DNA of 64,000 nt, taken from the NCBI RefSeq assembly GCF_006345805.1, contig NC_043000.1, positions 45,260,001 to 45,324,000 on the forward strand. Reading direction: 5' to 3'. The DNA comes from Octopus sinensis (taxonomy: Eukaryota). The translations under genes and the position numbers were made by a program. The notes beneath the pieces were generated by a model, which saw nothing but the letters and a program-made list of their open reading frames with translations, was not told the DNA's origin and searched no databases. This document shows positions 27,216-39,190 of the stretch, in pieces. Position 1 is the first letter of the stretch, and every line of letters begins with the position of its first letter.

Positions 27216-28515
27216 TCATGGATATCTCTTGTTGATATGTGTTTGAGTTTCCACTCACAAGTTTTACTTGATGCTGTAGGCTGTATGGATATTGGGAATC
27301 AAAATTTAGATATTATCCTGTAAAACTGGGCTTGGGATATATGAATGTTGTAAATCCACACTGTGTGTCTTAATAATGACAACCAGGGAGACCAAGTTTA
27401 TTGCCTTTCTTTTTCTCATTGAAGTATATTGGAAAATCTTATTGTGTTCACATGGTTCAGTAGAATTTGTGTTTCTCTCTTTGAGGCCAGAGCATGAAGT
27501 TATCCTCTACATATGTGAGCCAAATAGTCATCTTATATGGTCTTATTCCTAAAACCGTTATATCTCCAAGTATTATATGTATATATATCTGTCATCGCTG
27601 GAGATAATAATTAACCCATAAAGAAATCTTTTTTTCTTCTGTTGCTATAGGGTCACAACCCATTTGGAAGTATGCTGTTTATAGAGAAGATGTCAGTATC
27701 ACCATCAAGTTATAATACGAATTGTTATAATACTTCATTATTTTTATTTTTGTGTGTGTGTGTGTATGTGTGTGTGTGAGGAGGGGCAACAAATTTCTTT
27801 TTTAAGTAGCTCAAAATATCTTTAAAATATTAATGTTCCTAATATCCACTTTAGGACACAGCAAACAATCTTTTGGCATAGTGCTCCTCATAACTAGAAT
27901 ATATAGCTTGAAAATGTATTTTAATGTATTCACTGATTGAGAATTTTTCTTACACAGTTACTTCTCACAAACCATCTGGTAGCAAAAATGGGGATCATTT
28001 TAGTCAAGAACCTCAGTATTGTTGATTAATTTTTGTCTTTCAATGTCAGACTTTCTTCCCAACATTAATAAATAAGTTTCACCTAACATAGTCTATTTTA
28101 GAAAGTATTTCTTCAGCAACATGGGGAACAGGCCAAATGGTCATGGTAACAAAAGCATTTTATGTGAATCAAGTTTTGATTATCTATTTTGATTAATGTG
28201 TAAAGAGAATTATTGATGCTGTAAAAGTTTGAAAGTGTTATAATAGCTAAGCTGATCTTAATAATTATTCACATTTTAAGCTGGTGAATTGGCAGAATTG
28301 TTGGTATGGTGGACAAAATGCTTAGTGGCACTTTGTCTGTCTTTACAATCTGAGTACAAATTCTGCCAAGGTTGAATTTGTCTTTCATTCTTTCAGGGTC
28401 AATAAAATGGGTGCCAGTTGAGCACAGGCATCGATTGAAATGATTTACTCCATCCACGGGAATTGCTGGATTTGTGCCAAAATTTGAAACCAATATTAAT
28501 TCTCATTTCATTTCC

Positions 28516-28967
28516 ATAAGCACAGGCGTGGCTGTGTGGTAAGAAGCTTGCTTCCCAACCACATGGTTCCAGGTTCAGTTCCACTGCATGGCACCTAAGG
28601 CAAGTATCTCCTATTGCATCCTGAGGGCGACCAAAGCCTTGAGAGTGGATCTGGTAGATGGAAACTGAAAGAAACCTGTTGTGAGTGTGTGTGTACATGT
28701 ATGTGTGTGTACAGGTATGTGTGTAAGCGTGTATGTGTGTATGTGTGTGTGTGTGTGTGTCTTTGTGTCTGTGTTTGTCCCCCACGACTGCTTGACAACC
28801 AGTATTGGTGTGTTTACATGCCTGTTACTTAGTGGTTCGATATAAGAGACTAATAGAATAAGTTCTAGGCATGGAAAAAGTCCTGGCATCGATTTCTTTG
28901 ACTAAAACTCTGCAAGATGGTGTCCCAGTATGGCCACAGTCAATTGACTGAAACAAATAAAACAAGA
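28516..28967 (+). mobile_element. SINE family A, head-to-head with a family C remnant (28285-28495, minus)
   Basis: Sequence similarity to other family A and family C copies in the window. Confidence 0.8.
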
Positions 28968-29199
28968 CAAAGCTTGAAACAATATTTCAGCAGTAAATTT
29001 TGCAACAGGAATTAAACCTAAAAACAGTGATACAATTATATTATGTAACTTATCGTAACACCCATCACTCACCACCCACATACAAATTATTTTCATAACC
29101 AATATCAGCTGAGTTGTCCAAAATCATGGAGACCTGACTAATGCTTATGTTTTTAATATATTTTTTCAATAAAGATGCAGCAATAATGTTTTTTTTTAT

Positions 29200-29496
29200 G
29201 GGCCCTTTTTCAAGCCTAGCCAGACTCATGGGCCCAGTTTCCCAGTTTCTACGGTGTATGTGTTCCTCCCAGCTGGACGGGATGCCAGTCCATCGCAGCA
29301 TTACTCAAGAAACAGGAAGTAAGTGTGAGAGAAAGTTGGGGTGAATGAGTACAACAGGAGTTGCCACCACCCTCTGCTGGAGCCTGGTGGAGTTTTAGGT
29401 GTTTTCACTCAATAAACACACACAACGCCCGGTCTGGGAATCGAAACCACAATCCTCTGACCGCAAGTCCACTGCCCTAACCACTGGGCCATTGCA
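29200..29496 (-). mobile_element. SINE family B, tail type 1
   Basis: Reverse complement matches 9390-9690. Confidence 0.85.
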
Positions 29497-29984
29497 CTGC
29501 CATAATATTTTTTATAAGCATTGTGAATTTTGTTCCATGCAGTTTCAAATCCGTTGCAATTGAAGATGAAGGAATTCGTTTATTATTAATAAGTTCTCTT
29601 AAATGATTGATGCCACAAATATTTGCATGACAAGTTACAAATACTGTTATCTGTATTTCTAAATTCGTTATTTTTATGGTGAAAACAAGAACAAAATCTT
29701 TGATTGGTTGTGAATTTGAGATTATTACAGTATTATTATTTGTTTTCATTTTTTTTAATGCTTAGCTGAAATTTTTAACTGATGAATACTTTGTTAAACC
29801 AATGTTGCAAGATCATACTTCAACATTGCACACTTTACAAAAGCTTTATTGCTGTTGTTTTCCTTCTCTGTCATGATTTGAAAATTATGGATCCATCAGA
29901 CAGGATGTTTCAAAGTTTCCTTATCCTTTTTTACCACCTGTTCATTGAGTAAATAGATATAGTCTAGGAATTAAAAAACGTTGC

Positions 29985-30277
29985 CCTTTTCAAGCCTAGC
30001 CAGGCTCATGGGCCCAGTTTCCCGGTTTCTGTGGCATATGTGTTCACCCCAGCTGGATGGGACACCAGTCCATCACAGCGTTACTTAAGAAACAAGAAGT
30101 GAGAAAAAGTTGTGGCGAAAGAGTACAACAGGGGTCACCACCACTCCCTGCCGGTGCCTTGTGGAGCTTTTTTAGGTGTTTTCGCTCAATAAACACACAC
30201 AACTCCCGGTCTGGGAATTGAAACTGCGATCCTCCAACTGAGTCAGCTGCCCTAACCACTGGGCCATTGCACCTCCA
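29985..30277 (-). mobile_element. SINE family B, tail type 1
   Basis: Reverse complement matches 9390-9690. Confidence 0.85.
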
Positions 30278-30457
30278 GAGACTAGGAATAATCAAGATTT
30301 ATTTTTAAAATTTCATAGTTTGTTCAGACTTTCACTATGTAATGGAATAACTGTTGCCAACAGTTACTGGTCCACTTTATTGTACAATAGTGTTTCTACA
30401 TAATCACATATGTTGAAAACAAAGAACTCGAATATCCCTCAATCTACACCCAACTAA

Positions 30458-30847
30458 TCTATATATATAAAGCTGAAGTTGTCTGTGTATGGCAGGTTTA
30501 GTAGCCTTCAACTAACACTATCTCCTTTGAGACCCTGTGGCACAAGTTGACCGAAATTGAGAGTATGATAGAAGAAGGCTTGCTCTTCCTTCCATAGAAG
30601 AAAAAATTCAAACCGGACCATGTTAACACAAAAAATTATTTGCATCAAAAAGGTGCTTTTTTTCAATGAAAATCCCTATTTTTTACGATTTTTTTACTGC
30701 TGTGTCACCATTTTTCGGTTTATTTCAACCAGAAATATGTTCACTTAAACAGAATAACAAGCAACATAATGCAAAATTTTTATTTTTCCAAAACTCCAGT
30801 TCTAAAGGGTCGAAACAAACCCGAGCAAAGCCGGGCGATACTGCTAG
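30458..30847 (+). mobile_element. Terminally complete non-autonomous Helitron (390 bp)
   Basis: A|TCTATATATATAAAGCTGA 5' end; subterminal hairpin cccgagcaaagccggg (30820-30835); CTAG|T 3' end; A/T insertion site with no TSD. Confidence 0.85.
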
Positions 30848-30930
30848 TGTATTGATATAAAAATGTGAAGCCTATCCGAAGAAGCAAACTGTTAACAGGT
30901 ATTCCTTGCTAGCAACAGCAACTCTCTTAC

Positions 30931-31330
30931 ACTCTTTACTCTCTTTTACTTGTTTCAGTCATTTGACTGTGGCCATGCTGGAGCACCACCTTTAGTCGAG
31001 CAAATCGACCCCAGGACTTATTCTTTGTAAGTATAGTACTTATTCTATCTGTCTCTTTTTTGCCGAACCCCTAAGTTATGGGGACGTAAACACACCAGCA
31101 TCGGTTGTCAAGTGATGTTGGGGGGACAAACACAGACACATACACACACATATATATATATACATATATACAGGCTTCTTTCAGTTTCCATCTACCAAAT
31201 CCATTCACAAGGCTTTGGTTGGCCCGAGGCTATAGTAGAAGACACTTGCCCAAGGTGCCATGCAGTGGGACTGAACCCGGAAGCATGTAGTTCGTAAGCA
31301 AGCTACTTACCACACAGCCACTCCTATGCC
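30931..31330 (-). mobile_element. SINE family A
   Basis: Similarity to 20745-21166 and 33719-34136. Confidence 0.85.
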
Positions 31331-31947
31331 TGATTTTTCAATTCTGGATTTAATTACACAGCGACTTATTTAAATGTAATTACAATATAATATTTATAAT
31401 TATCAAAAATACTTTGAACATAAATTACTAAATTATATAATAAACAATTGTTTTTCTTTTACTTTTACTGGTTTCAGGCAGAGGATGGAGCTATGCTGGA
31501 GCACTTATTTCTTTTTACTGATTTTATGCAAAAAAATGGTTTTAGAATATTAATGTGCACTTGTAATGTTTGCTTGGACAATTTCTTCAGAACATGTAAT
31601 GTAATTGTTGGTACTGTTGCTGCTCTAGTATAATGCAATAAATTTCAATGGGAAGTAAAAGTTCATGCAATTTCATATTCCTGGATTTTCCTGATTGATG
31701 CATTACTTTTTATGAACTGCATTAGTAAATTGCTGAATCGGCAATCTGCTAAGAAAGGATGGGTTAAAGATTTGGTCAGTGGACACAACATGCATAATGA
31801 GAGAAGTGATCAGAAAAGTGAGATAGGAGTGGAAATGGCATGAAATCAATGCTCCTGTGAACAGTACTGTAGCAGTGGTAGAAACACAAATAGTAAGATT
31901 GTTAATCAATCAATCAACCCTCAGAAAAAAGACAGAGTGAGCAACAC

Positions 31948-31980
<33 letters not shown>

Positions 31981-32760
31981 AAGGAGGCAGCATGTCTGTG
32001 GGTTGGAGACTGGAGTGTATATGTGAGTAACTTAGTTGAGCATTCTTTTTCTTAATACAGTTTCAATGTGTTTGTGAATAGCACCAGATGTGGGGGTCAA
32101 TGCTCCATCATAGATTTTTGCCTGAGTTTTCTTAGTAGTTGGAGGTATCTGAAGTATTTATTGTTTCTCAATGAAAAGTACAGTCTTTGCAATGCACTCC
32201 TTGCTATAGATATGCATTTGCCAAGTGAAATCTTCAATGAAAATGAGGTCTGGACTTTGAAGTATTATAAGAGATTTAGTTGCATACTATTCATGTTCAA
32301 GGTCAGTGAGATACAATGATAGTTTCTTGATATGAATAATAACTGTGATTTTTTGTAGAGAAAAGTTTGGTTGGGCGGATGTTTTCAAGGTCTTTATCCA
32401 TAGAATAAGTGTAAATTGGGTAAGAGGTGTCTACGTTGCATGTGGATAACAACTGGGTATGAAATGTTATTACCTCCCTTTGTATTCAACCTCTCTAATG
32501 ATATTAGTCTTAAAGAATTTTTTTAGAGTAGTGTATTTTTTCCCATAATACTTAGCATAGGACAGGTGTAGCCATTTGCATAGGTTGAAGAAGGAGTAAA
32601 CATGCAGATAAGTATTCTTCCTTTGTTAATTGTGGTAAATAGTTTCATTTACTAGTTTTATTCAATAAATTAACATATGTAGAGGTTTTTACTTCTTAAA
32701 TATTATTAAATTGTGTTTGACATAATAATGGTAATATATACTAGTATTGATATATATACT

Positions 32761-33478
32761 AGTATGGATGAAGATAGGTGTGTGAAAAAGTGCCAATCCC
32801 TAGCAGTGGAGGGAACCCATGGATGAGGTAGACTCAGGAAAACTTTGGACGAGGTGGTGAAGCACGGCCTTCGAACTTTATGTCTCACTGAGGAAATGAC
32901 CAGCGACCGAGACCTTTGGAAATATGCTGTGCGTGAAAAGATGAGGCAGGACAAGTGAGTCCAACCCACTTATGCATGCCTTTCCTCCCTTGGACACACA
33001 AAGACCTGTTGAGGCAAGCGAAGTCGATATCGAACCTCATCCAACGACAGGCACCTATGCCAACCCCCCTTGCGAAGACCTGTTGGGGCAAGTGAAATCG
33101 GAATCGAAATTGAACCAATCCTATGACTGGCACCTGGCTGATGCCAGGACCCCTGGACTGGAGATATGTAAAAAGCACCATCCGAATCGTGGCCGAAGCC
33201 AGTACCGCCTCGACTGGCTTACGTGCAGGTGGCAGGTAAAATGCACCAATCCGACCATGGCCGATGCCAGCCTCGCCTGGCACCAGTGCAGGTGGCACGT
33301 AAAAAGCACCCACTACACTCACAGAGTGGTTGGCGTTAGGAAGGGCATCCAGCTGTAGAAACATTGCCAGATAAGACCGGAGACTGGTGCAGCCTTCTGG
33401 CTTCCCAGATCCCCGGTCGAACCGTCCAACCCATGCTAGCATGGAGAACGGACGTTAAACAATGATGATGATGATGAT
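32761..33478 (+). mobile_element. 5'-truncated RTE-clade LINE (ORF C-terminus, 3' UTR with internal sub-repeats, (ATG)n tail)
   Basis: MDEDRCVKKCQSLAVEG..GRLRKTLDEVVK..LRTL.LTEEMTSDRDLWKYAV matches the RTE C-terminal pattern GRPRKTW..D...W; microsatellite tail. Confidence 0.85.
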
Positions 33479-33718
33479 TGATAGGGGTAAAATTCACAAT
33501 AAATTATTAATTCCCATGAAGTTTATATAGATAGGCAGTTTAATTTGACGTGTTTATAAAATAGTCGATGAGGATATTTTTATGTTTAGCTTTTATATAT
33601 ATATATATATATACTGCTATTGTATTTTTAGGTGTTTAATTTTATCAAATTTTTATGAATTAAAAAATTTTTATAATTTTTTAATTTTTAAAAGCTTTTA
33701 AATTTTGTAAAAATATAC

Positions 33719-34136
33719 TCTTTACTCTTTACTCTTTTACTTGTTTCAGTCATTTGACTGTGGCCATGCTGGAGCACCGCCTTTAATCGAGCAACTCGAC
33801 CCCGGGACTTATTCTTTTGTAAGCCCAGTACTTATTCTATCGATCTCTTTTGCCGAACCGCTAAGTAACGGGGACATAAACACACCTGCATCGGTTGTCA
33901 AGCAATGCTAGGGGACAAACAGACACACAAACACACACGCATATATATATATATATATATACATATATACGACGGGCTTCTCTCAGTTTCCGTCTACCAA
34001 ATCCACTCACAAGTCTTTGGTCGGCCCGAGGCTATAGTAGAAGACACTTGCCCAAGGTGCCACGCAGTGGGACTGAACCCAGAACCATGTGGTTGGTAGA
34101 CAAGCTACTTACCACACAGCCACTCCTGCGCCTATA
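33719..34136 (-). mobile_element. SINE family A (CpG-rich, relatively young)
   Basis: Retains CpGs lost in other family A copies. Confidence 0.85.
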
Positions 34137-34247
34137 TATTAGGAAGTTATATATATATATTTATTTTATTCTTAATTTTTTATGAAAATATCTTATAATT
34201 TGTAGGATTAAGTTGGATACGTTAATAATAATAATAATAAGAAGAAA

Positions 34248-34333
34248 AATAGCCTGAGGACGAACTGGTGGATTTATGTATTAGGTATAGCCTGGCAAAA
34301 CAAACCACCGGGGCAGAAACATGTGTAGTGTTG
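34248..34333 (+). ncRNA. Degenerate hammerhead-like motif
   Basis: CTGAGGA (34254-60), 7-bp ctggtgg/ccaccgg helix, GAAAC-ATGT-GTA (34316-27). Stem I is weak. Confidence 0.4.
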
Positions 34334-34560
34334 ATTAATATTACCTTCTATCCCCACAGACTAATAACAGGTAAGGTATATATATTTTTTAGAATATGTT
34401 TAAATAATGTTTAATTTATTCTATTGTACTTTATTTTATTGTACGTTATAGTAGGCTTTAAAATGCTTATATTATTAGATTAGTATTTTGGATATAACTT
34501 TCTATGTATACTCCAGAAAATAAGGTTGTCCTATTGATAAAATCCCAAATTTGTAATAAG

Positions 34561-34622
<62 letters not shown>

Positions 34623-35194
34623 GATAAGCAAGTTAGGCAAGATAAACTACAAAAAATATGAAATACATTTAACACAAAGATGTACATATGTTTACATATG
34701 GAAAGGTCTGAATTACACAGAATAGAAATGATATCCGGAATTAAAAGGTTGAATAAAAGTTTTACAAGTCCAACACCTGTTTCTGGGTGCTTGGTGGTCC
34801 AAAATAATGATTGTAAATTGATTCCATCATCGGATATTCCCAGCCTCTATCTTCAAAGAAGAATTTTAAATTTTGAGTTGTTGACAGAAAGGAGATTAAA
34901 GATGGAATTTTTACATCATTCATCTTTAATCTCCTTTCTGTCACCAACTCAAAATTTAAAATTCTTCCCTGAAGATGGGATGGTAATATCTGATGATGGA
35001 CTCAATTTACAATCATTATTTGTGACCATCAAGCCCCCAGAAACAGCTGTTGGAGGACTCGTAAAACTCTAATTCAAGCCCTTTAATTCTTGATATTTCT
35101 ATTCTGTGTTAGTCGGAACCCTTTAATATGAAAACTTATGTAAATTTTTTGTATTAAATGTATTTAATATTTTTTGTATATCAACTTGCTTATC
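34623..35194. mobile_element. Fold-back element 1 (~280-bp arms, ~16-nt centre) carrying an inverted pair of hammerhead motifs
   Basis: Arms align from gataagcaagtt/aacttgcttatc inward to ggagattaaagatg/catctttaatctcc. Confidence 0.8.
34963..35057 (+). ncRNA. Type I hammerhead ribozyme motif (right arm of fold-back 1)
   Basis: Stem I tcttcc/ggagga (6 bp); core CTGAAGA 34969-75; stem II base tggg/ccca; GAAAC 35040-44; palindromic stem III AC-AGCT-GT; predicted cut after GUU at 35051. Confidence 0.7.
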
Positions 35195-35294
35195 TTTAAA
35201 TTTACTCCTCTATCTGCACAAGTTTGAATCTCTTGAGCACTACGAAGTGTATTCTGTATGGAGAATATCTGTCTCCCATATGTGTGTGTGTGTA

Positions 35295-35515
35295 TTCTTT
35301 TATTCTTGAATACTTTTATTTGTTTCAGTTGCTTAACTGGTGCCATACTGGAGCACTGCCTTTAGTCAAACAAATCGATTCCTGGATTTATTCTTTGAAA
35401 GCCTAGTACTTATTCTATTGATTTCTTTTGCTGAACTGCAAAGTTACAGGGATGTAAACACACCAACATTGGCTGTAATTGATGGTGGGAGAACAAACAC
35501 TGATACATAAACATG

Positions 35516-35553
<38 letters not shown>

Positions 35554-35688
35554 GACAGGCTTCTTTCAGTTTCCAGCTTGAGGTTATAGTAGAAGACACT
35601 TGCCTAAGGTGCCACACTGTAGGACTGAACAAATAACCATGTGGTTGGGAAGCAGGCTTCTTACCACACAGCCACGTCTGTGCCTATA
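35295..35688 (-). mobile_element. SINE family A (degenerate)
   Basis: Similarity to other family A copies. Confidence 0.75.
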
Positions 35689-35967
35689 CACACATATAAG
35701 TTAAGATTCAGGTGGATAAGCTGTCGAAATTATAATGCATACACAGCAACTATAGACAAATACAAACATTGGTATCGAGGAACAGGCAGAATGATATTCA
35801 GGTTATGCAAAGAATTAATTGAACCCAACTGAGTATATTATCAGACCTTGGTCTAATTAAGAAATGCACCTTGTATTAAATATATGGTCTACAGTGCACT
35901 TCAGAACACACAAGAAATAGTTTCTGAGAGAGGTGAATCATAAATAAATAGCAAATGATAGATCGGG

Positions 35968-36378
35968 GTCAATTCATTACAGCTGTTTCCAACGAATTTT
36001 TTAATTGAGTAATGATTACATTATATCATTATAACAAACATTTTTCTTCAGATGAATACACGAACTATACTCTTAAGGACTTTTAAAAACATAAAATCTA
36101 TGGCATGTGAATATCATCGCTGGTCACAGAATGAGTTTACCAAATAAAAGCAAATTAAAAAGTCTTTCTTAATTTGTTTTGATTTGGCAAAGTCATTCTG
36201 TAATCAGTGATAATCATAGAATTACAAAATATCCACACGCCATGGATTTTGTATGTTTTTAAATATCCTTAACAGTATAGTTCACGTATTCATCTGAAGA
36301 AAAATGTTTTTTATAATGATATAATGTAATCATTAATTAATTTTACAAATTTGTTGGAAACAGCTGTAATGAATTGAC
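35968..36378. mobile_element. Fold-back element 2 (near-whole-length hairpin, 411 bp) with an inverted pair of hammerhead motifs
   Basis: gtcaattcattacagctgtttccaac... pairs with ...gttggaaacagctgtaatgaattgac; pairing continues almost to the centre (acagaatgagtttaccaaat/atttggcaaagtcattctgt). Confidence 0.85.
36288..36374 (+). ncRNA. Hammerhead-like motif (right arm of fold-back 2; mirror copy 35972-36057 on minus)
   Basis: attcat-CTGAAGA-[56 nt AT-rich]-GAAAC-AGCT-GTA-atgaat. Perfect 6-bp stem I and intact core in both arms; the base of stem II is not paired. Confidence 0.55.
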
Positions 36379-36550
36379 GCACACCATGTATATATATATA
36401 TATATATATATATGGGAGATAATGGTGTCATTGAGATCCCAAGGTGTCAGTTAATGCTGAATAAGTGCTATAGACAGACCATAGTTAAGTTCCAGATTCG
36501 GTAATTCTGCGAAAAAAGGGTTCAATGTTGGTTCTATGTCAGCGTGTGTA

Positions 36551-36850
36551 TATAAGAATTTTTTGCGTAATAAGATTAAAAACTAAGGCTGTGTAGATAT
36601 TAGAGCATTTATAGATAGCAGGTCTTACAGCTGTTTCTAGGATATTTATTAATTATATCCCTTCATCAGACACAGCGTGAGAGGATAGTTAAGTCGTAGT
36701 TAGTTTAGATGAAGGGATATAATTAATATCCCGATAAAGGGATATAATTAATAAATATCCTAGAAACAGGTGTAAGACCATCTGTCTATAAATGCTCTAA
36801 TATCGACATAGCCTTGTTTTTTTTATCTTATTATGCAAAAAATTCTTATA
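36551..36850. mobile_element. Fold-back element 3 (300 bp) with an inverted pair of hammerhead motifs
   Basis: Termini tataagaattttttgcgtaataagat / atcttattatgcaaaaaattcttata; ~115-bp arms; partial internal duplication of gggatataattaat. Confidence 0.85.
36622..36673 (-). ncRNA. Hammerhead-like motif (left arm of fold-back 3)
   Basis: Minus strand: gtgt-CTGATGA-agggatat-aattaataa-atatcct-a-GAAAC-AGCT-GTA-agac. The right-arm copy (36706-36778) has core mutations. Confidence 0.55.
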
Positions 36851-38314
36851 TATATATATACATACACACACACAAAACATACATATACACACACGTGTAT
36901 GAGTTAGCTACTAATCTAGGAATTTTTTGCTTTACAACTATATAAAGAAGATATTGATGCAGATCCATATCTAACTCTTTACAGTGTATCATTCATGTAG
37001 ACAACAACTGATTGATTCTTGCTTTTCCATTTGATCTCACTTCTCCAATTATTAACAAAACCAGCAGTTACACTAGACGAGAAAATCCTAGACGTCACTA
37101 AAGTGTTAATGAAAGTGCTAGAGAGAAAAAGAGGGGCGAAGGAGTAAAAATAATGAATGAGATCAGGCAATCTATATAAAGATTTGGTGCAATTTAAAAG
37201 AGTATTTCTTCCTAACATCATGTGCTGTCTCAGAGATGATTTCAGGCACACATTTTTTTTTGTCTTCAACCTTTCACTATATCAGAGTAATTTTATTGTC
37301 ACTATAATAATATTAATGTTAGATTATTTTATAACCATTCAAATAACATACATATTCAAAACTTTCAAAATAAAACGCTTTAATATACTGAACTTTGTAT
37401 GATTCATTAAAGAGAATTATGAATGGAGCTATTTATGACTAACGGCTATTTGTTCTTGAATATTTTTTCTGCACAAATGAAATCACTCATTTCCCAAATA
37501 GTTGCACCCAGACAGTCCTATTTGGAAGGTCTTAAAATTAATTTTTTTTTTATATGAAATACGTTGATTGTCAAATTATTATTTACAGAACATTATATAA
37601 TTCTAAGCAATGTTTTCATAGAGACCATTGACCTTATTTCGGAGAAAGATAGTCCATTTAACTGGTGAGCTGCATTTAGTTTGATTGATCTACACCACTC
37701 CTAATTGTTATTGTGTGATAGATAACATAAACGCTGCTGAGTAAAGGAGCTCATTTGGCGTACAAAATCAGAAGCTTTCTTCTGCGCTAAATGATTGTTT
37801 GCTATTTGATCTTTTGCTAATAATATAAAATCAATTGGCTTTTTATTGTCTTTTGCTATAAACGCTCTTTACTCCAACATTAGACTATAAAATATGGGTA
37901 AAATCCTCTTTGAAATTTGCTTTTAGATGAAAGTCTTGATGTTTTAAATTTTACACAGTTCTCTGCTAGCTTGATAAATAGGACCTCTGCATATATATAT
38001 AATTTAGCAACAGTATTATTTTGTTATTTTTTGTCTTCGTTTTGCCTTTCACTAGTGTCTGTGATTTTAATATATTTTGCAATATTACTTTATATTTTGT
38101 TTACACAATATGCATCGGTTAGGTGTATTGTTCATATTAATCTTCATATATATAATGGTGTCAGCTAGCTATGTTATTGTTTTTCTTTCAAAGGTTCTCC
38201 GCGGTATTATAATTTTGTGGAGTTGCAGAATGAATAGATAGTAAATCACTGTAAATATCATTATATGACTATGTGTGCATATATCTATATTTATATACAT
38301 AATCATATACATAA

Positions 38315-38345
<31 letters not shown>

Positions 38346-38372
38346 CTATATCTATCTATCTATCTATCTATC

Positions 38373-38417
<45 letters not shown>

Positions 38418-39029
38418 ATAGCTGTGTGCATATGTGTGTGTGTATAGCTGTGTGCATATGTGTGTGTGTGTAGCTTGCTTGAATGTTAATTTGCAACCAC
38501 AAGTTTCTGGGTTCATTTCCACTGTGTTATAGCCTCAGACCAATTAATGGCTTGTAAGAGAATTTGATACACAGAAGCTGTATTAAATCTGTACAGAGAA
38601 AGAGAGACTTTTTGTGTGTGTGTGTATATGCATGCATATGTGTGTGTGTGCATGTGAGTACATGTATAGCTTTTATTCCTTGTGGGCCTTATGTTTATTG
38701 ACATCTCCAGTCACCATCCTATAACAATACTTTTATAAAACAGTTACGGGTTAGCAAATGATGCATGATTTTCAAATCCCAATTGTCTAGGAATAATATG
38801 TAAAATGAATGAAGTAGGACAATAACTGTCATTGCCCAGGAAATAAAGTATACAGCTGCTCACCAATTTATGGAATGGAATCCACTTATATTCTACAAAA
38901 ATTTATTATTTTGGTAACAAACTACATATTATTTGTATTAAATATATATCTTTGGTTTTACTTGCACTGGCCCTTAGCAAAAGTAAATTACACTCTGCTA
39001 TTTCAATTGTAAGAATCTCATGATTCATT

Positions 39030-39190
<161 letters not shown>

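Noticed and set aside
32885-33442. Longest ORF in the track (185 aa, minus)
   Set aside because: Antisense read-through of the GC-richer RTE 3' UTR; no recognisable domain.
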